Notes under the pieces: model-generated
The model's database searches: none
What the model saw: only the letters and a program-made list of their open reading frames with translations
Told to the model about the DNA's origin: nothing
Part shown: piece after piece, positions 47,501 to 55,681 of the stretch
Numbering within the stretch: the stretch's first letter is position 1
How the letters are laid out: each line of letters begins with the position of its first letter
Translations under genes and position numbers: made by a program
Assembly (NCBI GenBank): GCA_963823665.1
Contig: CAWGMQ010000005.1
Span: forward strand, 640,001 to 704,000
Source of the DNA: an uncultured Planctomycetota bacterium
Lineage (GTDB): Bacteria > Planctomycetota > Planctomycetia > Isosphaerales > Isosphaeraceae
Length of the DNA stretch: 64,000 nt
Reading direction: 5' to 3'

Positions 47501-49117
47501 ATGAACGGAGAAACCGGCAAACGGCGCCAGTCGCGAATCGAGCTCACGTACTACCAGACCGCCGACTGGTATGTGTGGTGGCGGCGCGGTCTCTGTCTAT
47601 TCGCAGTCCTCGCCGTGGCGATCTGGATCGTGAAATCGGCCATCGCCAGCCGCGGCGCCACGTCTCACCCATGGTTGCCCGTCCCCACCACGATTGCCTC
47701 CAAGGGCCCCCTTTCCCAGCCGCACGCGATCTGGGACTCGACATGCGATGCATGCCACGTTTCGTTCGCCCCGATCAACGGTTCGCGCTGGTCGCCCGCA
47801 CTCTGGGCAAGTAAAGACGGGGGAAGCAAGAAGTGCACCGCCTGCCATGCCGGGCCGGCTCATCATCAGAGTCAGCTAAAGGAATCCGTCCCCGATTGTG
47901 CCGAGTGTCATCGCGACCATCGCGGGCACGATTCGTCTCTCCTCTCCATGGACGACTCGGTATGCACAACCTGTCACCAGAAACTCGCCGATCATCGCGA
48001 TGGGCCTGGCGTGGTTGTGAACATCCCCGACAGCGTGACCCGATTTGACGAAAAAAACCACCCTGGCCTTTCCGCATCCTGGACCGCGCGTGCGAAAGAC
48101 ACGAAGCGAATCAAGTTCAACCACGCAAGACATCGGGCCCTTGGGATCGCGCTCGAAAAGGGCGGAAAACCGTGGACTTTCGCCGACCTCGCGGAACCTG
48201 ACCGAGCTCGGTACGGCTGGAAGGCCGGCGTGTCGCCCGATACTCCGATCAAGCTCGAGTGCGCAGCGTGCCATGAAACTGATGCGAGCGCGGTCGCCAC
48301 ATCAGTCAATCGTGGCTCGCTGAATGCCGGCGAGCCGCGCAGCCCGGGCGCCTACATGCGGCCGATTGTCTTCGACTACCACTGCGCAGCCTGCCATCGT
48401 CTCGAGTTTGACGCCAAGCTGCCGAACGCGACGATGCGCCATGGAATCTCTGCGCAAGAAGTCTTCGCCGATCTGAACCAGCGTTACACCGCGGAGGCCG
48501 TGAGAGCCGATCCAGAACTGCTCAGGCAGTTCGTCCCGCCGCGGCCGATGCCAGGGCAACCTGCTGTGCCCGCGAAAGAGCGGATCAAGCAGGCAGCAGT
48601 TGAGAGTTATTTCACTGCGGCGAGGTTTCTCTTCGCTGCCGCGATCGATGAAAACGTCCGCCGGGCAGCAAAGTTACCCGCAAGCCGGCGAGGATGCGTG
48701 GAGTGCCATGTCCTGAAACCCGGTGCGGGGCCGATCGTGAATCTGGATTCACTCGCATCGATCGAGATTGCACCGCCGCTCATGACGCCCGTCTGGCAAG
48801 AGCACGCGTTTTTCAATCACACGACTCATCGTGCGCTCAATTGTGCCGCGTGCCACGCGGACGTCGATCTGTCCAGGGAAAACGGCGACGTGCCTCTCCT
48901 GCCGGACATCACGAAATGCGTCACATGCCACTCTCCGGCCGGCACGCTGCGCGCGGGTCAGCCCGGAGGCGCAAGCACCTCGTGTACCGAGTGCCACCGC
49001 TATCACAACGGCGACAACCCCGACCAAGGGCTGGGCGCCAGGGCGCGGCGAGGTGCACTCGAGCAGACGCTCGAGAGATTCTTGGGGGGGATGCCAGAGG
49101 CCGGTTCCGCGAAATGA
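47501..49117 (+). CDS. Membrane-anchored decaheme cytochrome c (cytochrome c3-like)
   Basis: N-terminal TM helix. Ten CxxCH motifs: CDACH, CTACH, CAECH, CTTCH, CAACH, CAACH, CVECH, CAACH, CVTCH, CTECH. Distal-His motifs FNHARH and FNHTTH. Confidence 0.9.
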   Translation: MNGETGKRRQSRIELTYYQTADWYVWWRRGLCLFAVLAVAIWIVKSAIASRGATSHPWLPVPTTIASKGPLSQPHAIWDSTCDACHVSFAPINGSRWSPALWASKDGGSKKCTACHAGPAHHQSQLKESVPDCAECHRDHRGHDSSLLSMDDSVCTTCHQKLADHRDGPGVVVNIPDSVTRFDEKNHPGLSASWTARAKDTKRIKFNHARHRALGIALEKGGKPWTFADLAEPDRARYGWKAGVSPDTPIKLECAACHETDASAVATSVNRGSLNAGEPRSPGAYMRPIVFDYHCAACHRLEFDAKLPNATMRHGISAQEVFADLNQRYTAEAVRADPELLRQFVPPRPMPGQPAVPAKERIKQAAVESYFTAARFLFAAAIDENVRRAAKLPASRRGCVECHVLKPGAGPIVNLDSLASIEIAPPLMTPVWQEHAFFNHTTHRALNCAACHADVDLSRENGDVPLLPDITKCVTCHSPAGTLRAGQPGGASTSCTECHRYHNGDNPDQGLGARARRGALEQTLERFLGGMPEAGSAK

Positions 49118-49230
49118 GCTGATAAGCGCCCATGGGCGAGCCCATCAACGTTGATGAATCGCTGGTGGAGCGCCTGCCCTTGCCAATAGCCAAACCCGTC
49201 CGCCGGGCCCAGAACGCCGAGACATCGGTT

Positions 49231-49599
49231 TCACGGGATGAACGTCACCTGGTCTCGCCATTGGTCATCGTCTGCGGCATGTGCGGCTGCCGCGAGGAAT
49301 GCCAGTAAGTCCGCGAGTTTTGAGCGCGCACGAACGATGAACAGGCCCGGCGAGTTGCGGCCGGCTCTTTGGTGGGCCGCGAACTCGGAGATCATCGTCC
49401 GCCTGTCACGGGAGATCAGTACGCGTCCAGCGGCCTCAGCCCACTGCAGAATCTCTGCGTCAGGGGTTGAGAGCGGCAGGTCTGGAGGATCACCGACGCG
49501 GGTCGCATCGATGGGATCCGCGGAGACGGCATTGTGAGAACGAATCGCCCGCCAAAGGTCGCCACGGAAATGCTCGTCGAGAAGATAGCGGAGAGCCAT
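49231..49599 (-). CDS. DUF5615 family PIN-like toxin
   Basis: Motifs LRYLLDEHF, DAEILQWAEAAGRVLISRDRRTM and SPGLFIV. Confidence 0.82.
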   Translation of the reverse strand: MALRYLLDEHFRGDLWRAIRSHNAVSADPIDATRVGDPPDLPLSTPDAEILQWAEAAGRVLISRDRRTMISEFAAHQRAGRNSPGLFIVRARSKLADLLAFLAAAAHAADDDQWRDQVTFIP

Positions 49600-49602
49600 A
49601 CG

Positions 49603-49935
49603 TCACGAGTCAGCCGACGACTGGCCGCTGGCGGCCCGCTCGGCGATCAGGCGGCGGATCCGGAGCAGGGCAGGACTGGGATTTGACGCCGACTCCTGGC
49701 GTTCGAGATCGGCGCGGTACTCGGCGACGTAGGTATCCACTTCCGGCCGATGAGCTTCGCGAAAGGCGATAACTCGCCGGATCAATTCGAGGTCAAGCGA
49801 TGGGAGCTCATCGCGAATTTCATCGGGGCTGCGCCCGCTCTCGACCAAATCGATCAGCGAATAGAGACCGATACGGTGGCCTGTAATGACGATTTCGCCG
49901 TTGGGCCATTGGGTCAGAAAGTTCGGAAGATTCAT
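49603..49935 (-). CDS. DUF433 family antitoxin
   Basis: ITGHRIGLYSLI...GRSPDEIRDELPSL.LELIRRVIAF, directly upstream of the PIN toxin. Confidence 0.8.
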   Translation of the reverse strand: MNLPNFLTQWPNGEIVITGHRIGLYSLIDLVESGRSPDEIRDELPSLDLELIRRVIAFREAHRPEVDTYVAEYRADLERQESASNPSPALLRIRRLIAERAASGQSSADS

Positions 49936-50089
49936 GAGGCCCCCTTTCGCGCTGCCGTTCACCGAACGACATCTATGATACCGCTCGCCTTCAGCGACCG
50001 CCAGGAATGGCGGAGCGTACGACGCCGTGTTTCTCGGCGAAGTACTGCCTGCGTCCACCAAAGAGGTCCGGTTGATCTAGGAGCGTGAA

Positions 50090-50330
50090 AAGGCGCTGTC
50101 GGGAATAATCAGGCAAAAAGCTCACCAATTTGGGGAACGGGTTTTGATCGAACAGCAGCTTCACGCCAAAGAAACCAACATGCTCCGTTCTCGTTCCGCC
50201 GCGAAAGGTAAGGCCGCCTGAATGTCCTCGGGCTCAAGGTGGGGAAAGTCATCCCGAAGTCCAGCAGCCGACACGCCGGCCGCCAAGTAGGAAAGCACGT
50301 CGTAAACTGTGATGGGCATGCCGCGGACCC
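50090..50330 (-). pseudogene. Decayed second DUF433/DUF5615 toxin-antitoxin pair
   Basis: Minus strand reads VRGMPITVYDVLSYLAAG....LRDDFPHLEPEDIQAAL.FAAERE (stop at 50161). It overlaps GTG-KLLFDQN..., which then degenerates. Confidence 0.72.
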
Positions 50331-50361
50331 GACCGAGGCGATCGACGGGGCACCGCTGCCA

Positions 50362-50730
50362 TTATTCGTTTTTCACTCGCTCGAGCACGTAGATGTACTT
50401 TCGGACGCCTACCGTTGTATTGAATTCGGTGGGTCTAGGCAGCTCAGGATCGTAGGCGGAGCAGATCGTCAGCTTATCGCCCTCCAACAGGTAAATTCCC
50501 TTCAAAGTCTGCTCTCCTAGACGCACCGTCGAAAGGTCAACGCACTTTGGATCTTTGCTTTCGTCGAATTTGAGTCCGTATTCGGCGGTCCGCCGGTTGG
50601 GTCGAATCCATTTGGTGCCGTTGATCGTGTGTTCTGCGCCAGGATTTTCGCGTCGTCTTTACCGGAAAACTCGCAACGAACAACCTACCATTTCCCTTGC
50701 AGTTTCTCCTGATCAGACTCGGCTTCAACG
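50362..50730 (-). pseudogene. TIGR03067 domain protein remnant
   Basis: DQEKLQGKW*VV (in-frame stop), then after a frameshift KFDESKDPKCVDL...LKGIYLLEGDKLTIC...PRPTEF...YVLERVK. Confidence 0.7.
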
Positions 50731-51107
50731 ACGGCAGTCAATGAAGAGTGGCCGGCACCGGCCTCGGCCCGTGAACCGGTTTGGAGCGCCAAGCGCATTG
50801 CGGGAAGGAGCGAGGCCACGCCCGCTGCAAAGACGAGTCGAGAAATTCGAGCACTCCGCCAGCGATCTGTCTCAACGTCGCTCATGGTAGACTCCAAACG
50901 TGGTGAAGCCTCTTCCAGCACCCGAATGACCGGGAGCGCGATGGACGACCGCAACCGTCTCGCTACCACGCTCAAGCCATCGAGGCGATGCTAGCCTTAT
51001 TCGACTGACGAGCCTACACTCGATGTTGGTTCTCGATTCGTAGTGCGACCGTGGAATTGCCGCAGACTCCGCTTCCGCTTTAGATATTGCCGGGGATTTG
51101 TTTTTTC

Positions 51108-52472
51108 GTGAGCCGACAACTTGCCATCTATGGGGGCAGCTTCAACCCGCCGGGGCTTCATCATCGCGCGACGGTCGAAATGCTGTGCAGGCACTTTGAT
51201 GAAGTCGTGATCGTGCCCTGCGGACCGCGACCGGATAAGCCGGTCACGAACGACGTCGAGCCGATCCACCGGGCGGCCATGGTCGACCTGACCTTTCGTG
51301 CCATTCCCAAGGCCCGCGTCGAGCTCTTCGACCTGGAGTCCAGCACGTTCACCCGGACTTACGACCTCGATCGAAGATTCAGAGCGGAGGGAACGCTCTG
51401 GCATGTCGTCGCCGACGAGTTCGTTCGCCGCGAGCAGAACAACGAATCAAACATTCAACGTGAATGGACGCGAGGACGTGAACTGTGGCAGGAGGCCAAT
51501 TTCGCGATCTTGAACCGTTCTGGAGCTCCACTCGAAGAGGCGGAGCTGCCGCCCCACCGTCGCGTCTTTGAAATTGACCGCGACGGGTCGAGCCTGGTCA
51601 TCCGCAATCGAGTCTTCCATCGCCAGTCGATCGCCGAGCTCGTGGTCAAGGAGGTTGACGCCTACATCCGCCGGCACAGGCTCTACCAGGGCGTCGCCTC
51701 ACCCCGGCAAACGAGACTCCGGCCGGAGAGGCAGAGCTATCTCGTCGTTGCCGATGAGCGCAACGCGGCGTCACGCGCCGTGGCCGATCGACTCGCGGCC
51801 CACAGCGGCAACGATCCCGAGCTGATCGTGGTCGTGGGCGGCGACGGCACCATGCTGCACGCCATTCGTCAACACTGGCGGCTGCGCCTGCCGTTCTTCG
51901 GGATCAACACCGGCCACCTCGGTTTCTTGCTCAACGACTCGCCCGAGGCCGAACCGGACGAGCAAGACCTCGTGCTCTACCATCTGCCCCTGCTGCGGGT
52001 CGAGCTCGAGCCGCTCGAAGGCGGCCAAATCGTCGCGCTGGCGTTCAACGACGCCTGGGTCGAGCGAGCGACCGGCCAGACTGCGTGGCTCAGGCTGCTG
52101 GTCAACGACCAGGAGCGAATCGAGAAACTCGTCGCCGATGGCGTGCTCATCGCCACCGCGGCCGGCTCAACTTCGTATGCCCGCGCGATGGGCGCGACGC
52201 CATTGCCACTCTATACAGCGGCCCTGCTCCTGGTCGGCTCGAATGTGCTGAACCCGCCGCAGTGGCGGCCTGTGATCCTGCCGGCTGATTCCCGGATCGA
52301 GGTCAGGACACACGACCCGGTCAAGCGACCGCTGAACGCGTTCATCGACGGGATTCCCCAGGGCGTCGTGCAAGCGCTTCACGCCCGAGTGAGCAACACG
52401 GCCGCCGTCGAACTGGCGTTTCTGCCCAACAATGACCCGTCGCTCAAATTGGCGAAGCTGCAATTTCCATGA
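51108..52472 (+). CDS. Fused NadD-like nucleotidyltransferase and NAD(+) kinase
   Basis: N-half AIYGGSFNPPGLHH, IHRAAMV, SSLVIRNR and VDAYIRRHRLY. C-half VVGGDGTMLHA, NTGHLGFL, FNDAW and ADGVLIATAAGSTSYA. Confidence 0.88.
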   Translation: MSRQLAIYGGSFNPPGLHHRATVEMLCRHFDEVVIVPCGPRPDKPVTNDVEPIHRAAMVDLTFRAIPKARVELFDLESSTFTRTYDLDRRFRAEGTLWHVVADEFVRREQNNESNIQREWTRGRELWQEANFAILNRSGAPLEEAELPPHRRVFEIDRDGSSLVIRNRVFHRQSIAELVVKEVDAYIRRHRLYQGVASPRQTRLRPERQSYLVVADERNAASRAVADRLAAHSGNDPELIVVVGGDGTMLHAIRQHWRLRLPFFGINTGHLGFLLNDSPEAEPDEQDLVLYHLPLLRVELEPLEGGQIVALAFNDAWVERATGQTAWLRLLVNDQERIEKLVADGVLIATAAGSTSYARAMGATPLPLYTAALLLVGSNVLNPPQWRPVILPADSRIEVRTHDPVKRPLNAFIDGIPQGVVQALHARVSNTAAVELAFLPNNDPSLKLAKLQFP

Positions 52473-52583
52473 CCCGCTCGAGAGCCGTCGTTTGAGCAAG
52501 AATGCATTCGATCTGGTTGCGCACGCATTCCTCGGCTAGAATTCAGTTGTTCCGCGAAACTTGACGAGAGTGGAGACGGTTCG

Positions 52584-52844
52584 ATGTCCACCGATTCTTG
52601 CCGCGAGATCGAGACGTTTTACCATTTCCTGGGCGAGCGGCTTCAAGAAGGCTCGGTCAACCTTTCGCCCGAGGAGAGCGTCGAAGCATTTCGTGCTTAT
52701 CAACGCGACCTCGAGCGCCTCAGGACGGAGCTGGAGCCGGCGCTCGATCGTTTCGACCGAGGCGACTCGGCAAAGCCATTCGATGCCGAGGACGTGAAGC
52801 GCCGAGGTCGGGAGCGGCTCGCCCGCGAAGGAATCACCGACTGA
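52584..52844 (+). CDS. Probable ParD-like antitoxin
   Basis: 86-aa acidic protein (ALDRFDRGDSAKPFDAEDVKRRGRERL) directly upstream of a ParE-like toxin. Confidence 0.68.
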   Translation: MSTDSCREIETFYHFLGERLQEGSVNLSPEESVEAFRAYQRDLERLRTELEPALDRFDRGDSAKPFDAEDVKRRGRERLAREGITD

Positions 52845-52858
52845 GACTGCGCAGGCCC

Positions 52859-53167
52859 ATGGCAACTGTCGAATTTGACGACGACGCAGTCGCTGACATG
52901 GACGGGATCTACGATCACATCGGTCGATCGCTTAAGAGTCCTCAGGCTGCGGACCGCATGATTGACCGCATTCATGCCGCTTGCGAGTTGCATGCAAGTC
53001 AACCTGGGATGGGGGAGCTCAGGCCCGATCTGGCACCGGGCGTTCGAGTCTTTGCCGTCGGATCGTACGTTGTAGTCTACCGGCCTTGCGATGACGGAAT
53101 TCGTGTGCTTCGAGTGTTCCTTGGACGCCGCAACTTTCCGGCATACTTTCATGACAAGCCGGTTTGA
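52859..53167 (+). CDS. RelE/ParE family toxin
   Basis: AVADMDGIYDHI...AADRMIDRI...PGMGELRPDLAPGVRVF.VGSYVVVYR...IRVLRV. Confidence 0.85.
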   Translation: MATVEFDDDAVADMDGIYDHIGRSLKSPQAADRMIDRIHAACELHASQPGMGELRPDLAPGVRVFAVGSYVVVYRPCDDGIRVLRVFLGRRNFPAYFHDKPV

Positions 53168-53191
53168 ATCGATGGGCCGGCTGATCTTCGA

Positions 53192-55681
53192 TCAAACGAT
53201 CACGTCTCTAGCGTCGGCCATGCTGCCCCGCACCAAGTCCAGTAACTCGCTCCCCTTCATGCGGTGCGCCGCGTCGTGCGGGCAGGCGTAGACGCAGCTT
53301 GGCTCGTGGCCGGGGCCCAGGCTTGTGCAGACGTCGCAGGTGGTCGCCTTGCGCACTTCGGCCTGGGCTTTCTTGTCGAATTGCTCGACCATGTTGATAT
53401 TGCCATACGGGCAATTCTCAGCGCAGAGGCCGCAGCCGATGCACCAGTTCTCGATGATGATCTCGGCTGACTGGTGGCGGCGGATCGAGCCCACGGGGCA
53501 GCCGACCATGCAGTACGGGTCGAGGCACGATCGGCACGAGCTCGCAACCAGGAACTTGTCGAACCGCAGGCCCTCGCGGATGAGCCGGGTCACTCCTTGA
53601 TGCGTATCGGCGCACGCCTTTGTGCACTCGTCGCAGCGGGTGCATTTCACCAGGTCGAGGACGAGCAGGTTCTGGGCATTCATCAGCCCTTGATCGAGGA
53701 AGGCCTCGAGCGGCTTCGCGTGGGCTTCCCAGACGTGGCGCTGGTTGTCTTCCAGTCGCTTGCGCGCCTCGGCGATCACCGCCGTTCGGAGCGTGGGCGC
53801 TTCGTCCAGGATCGCGCGGAAGTCTTCGGGCGTGATTCGCACGAGGTCGACGTGATCCAGCGCCGCGCAGGTGGCGGTTCGAACGCCGGCCGGGGCCAGG
53901 TCGCGCAGCTCGGGGAGGTCGGAAAGCAGCCCGATCTCACCGATGTACCCGCCGGGGCCAACGTAGTTCAACACCCGGTCTCCTCCGGCGCGAGACTCGG
54001 AGACTTTCACGAAGCCCGTCCTGACCAGATACAGGCCGTCGGTCGCCCGGTCGCCCTGCCGAAAAATCACCTGGCCGGGCTCGAACCGCAAGAGCGAAAC
54101 CCGCGGGCGGAGATTATCCACGACGCGCTGGAATCGCTCCTCGTCGGCCCGCAGGGGCGCGAAAAGGGGAACGCTGCGCAGGTGGCCGTCGATCGTGCGC
54201 GCGCGATACTTCGCCTCGAGCACGCGGCGGAACGACGGACTGCGCTGCATGATGTAAAGGACATTCCGCAGCATCTCCAGGACCGTGCAATCCTCGCCCG
54301 CGGTGACCGTTGCCGAGCGCGGGTAATGGCTCATGCAGGTCATCTCGCCGAAGATGTCGCCGGCCTTCATCGTGGCCTGCGGCCGGCCATAGGGCAAAGC
54401 GACCGGCGCGTCGACGGAGATAAAGTCACGCACGTGGTCGCCTGGGCGCGTCGTCAGCTTGCTGGTGAACCAGCCGATCGCTCCCCAGAACCCCGCGCGC
54501 GGCTGGTTCTCGACATGCTCGACCGGCGTCCGGAGGAAAATGTCGACCGAGCCCTTCTCGATGAAGAAGGCCGTGGCGCCGTTGTCGCCCTCGCGGCAGA
54601 TCACCTCTCCCTTGCGATACACACGGCGTTTGACCGCGTGAATGTTCGATCGCAAGAACGCGTGCGAGATTCCCTGGAACGCCTCGCGAATCTCGGAGAT
54701 CTCGTGCCCGAGCAGATCGCTCACCGAAACATCGGTTCCCTCGGAGAACCTGGTCTCGATCACGCGCTTGTGCGTGAGCGCCCCGGTCGGGCAGTCGTCG
54801 GCGCACTCGCCGCAGGCAACGCAGCTCGATTCGCCCATGGGCGAGTCGAGGTCGAAGGCGATCCGCGCTTTAAAGCCCTTGCCCATCCGGCCGATCACGT
54901 GGTTTTCCTTGATGACGTCGCAACCCCGGACGCAGCGGTCGCAGAGGATGCAGGCGTTGTGATCGACGGCGATGACAAGCGACGAGTTGTCACGCGGAAG
55001 CTCGATCTCGCGGCGCTCGAGCCGCGACTCGGTTGCTCCGAATCGCTTGGCAAGCGCCTCGAGCTCGCACTCGCCGGGAGCCTCCCGTTCCTTGACGCAT
55101 GGTGTGGGATGGTCGGTCATCAACAGCTCGGTCAGCACCTTGACCGCCGCGTGCAGCCGCGCTTTCGCCTTGGCGTCGGGCGATGCGACCGTGTCGACGA
55201 TCATCGTCGGCTCGACGCGATGCTGGCAGGCCGGAATCAGCTTGCGGCCCGGCTCGACGCGATTCGTCCGCTTCGAGTACTTTGAGACCTGCACGACGCA
55301 CACGCGGCAGACCCCCACCGGATCCATGTATTCGCGATGGCAGAGGGTCGGGATTGGATTGGCCGCGTGCAGCAGCTTGTCACGATAAAGTTCGCTGACG
55401 GCGTCATAGATGGTCGTCGACCGCGGGATCACGCGGCCGTGCGCGTCGCGGCGGAAGTTACCCTGCGCGTCGGTCGAGGGCACGGCCTTCTTGACCTCGA
55501 TCTCATGGCCGTCGACGGTGATCTTGATCGTTTCCTCGAGGTCGGCCGCCGTGGCCTTGTCGATGCGGATCAACCGGCCCTCGAAGTCGCGGGCGAAGAG
55601 ATCCTCTTCCTCCCAGACCGGGAAGGTCGCGCGGTCGTCTCGCTCGCGGCCAGGGATGTGGTCTACCGATCCGGCGCTCAT
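53192..55681 (-). CDS. NuoG/FdhA-N-like Fe-S module fused to two cNMP-binding domains and a DmsB/NrfC-like 4x[4Fe-4S] domain
   Basis: [2Fe-2S]: PTLCH..GVCRVCVV..AC. [4Fe-4S]: CILCDRCVRGC and CVACGECADDCP. cNMP domains: ICREGDNG..FGEM..PRSATV and IFRQGD..IGEIGLL..RTATC. C-terminal: CTRCDECTKAC, CRSCLDPYCMVGCP, CIGCGLCAENCP and CDVC..PSCVYACP. Confidence 0.9.
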   Translation of the reverse strand: MSAGSVDHIPGRERDDRATFPVWEEEDLFARDFEGRLIRIDKATAADLEETIKITVDGHEIEVKKAVPSTDAQGNFRRDAHGRVIPRSTTIYDAVSELYRDKLLHAANPIPTLCHREYMDPVGVCRVCVVQVSKYSKRTNRVEPGRKLIPACQHRVEPTMIVDTVASPDAKAKARLHAAVKVLTELLMTDHPTPCVKEREAPGECELEALAKRFGATESRLERREIELPRDNSSLVIAVDHNACILCDRCVRGCDVIKENHVIGRMGKGFKARIAFDLDSPMGESSCVACGECADDCPTGALTHKRVIETRFSEGTDVSVSDLLGHEISEIREAFQGISHAFLRSNIHAVKRRVYRKGEVICREGDNGATAFFIEKGSVDIFLRTPVEHVENQPRAGFWGAIGWFTSKLTTRPGDHVRDFISVDAPVALPYGRPQATMKAGDIFGEMTCMSHYPRSATVTAGEDCTVLEMLRNVLYIMQRSPSFRRVLEAKYRARTIDGHLRSVPLFAPLRADEERFQRVVDNLRPRVSLLRFEPGQVIFRQGDRATDGLYLVRTGFVKVSESRAGGDRVLNYVGPGGYIGEIGLLSDLPELRDLAPAGVRTATCAALDHVDLVRITPEDFRAILDEAPTLRTAVIAEARKRLEDNQRHVWEAHAKPLEAFLDQGLMNAQNLLVLDLVKCTRCDECTKACADTHQGVTRLIREGLRFDKFLVASSCRSCLDPYCMVGCPVGSIRRHQSAEIIIENWCIGCGLCAENCPYGNINMVEQFDKKAQAEVRKATTCDVCTSLGPGHEPSCVYACPHDAAHRMKGSELLDLVRGSMADARDVIV

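Noticed and set aside
50685..50690. Stop-codon readthrough (pyrrolysine) at the TAG in the TIGR03067 remnant
   Set aside because: The same gene also has a frameshift and sits among other decayed genes, so pseudogenisation is the simpler explanation.
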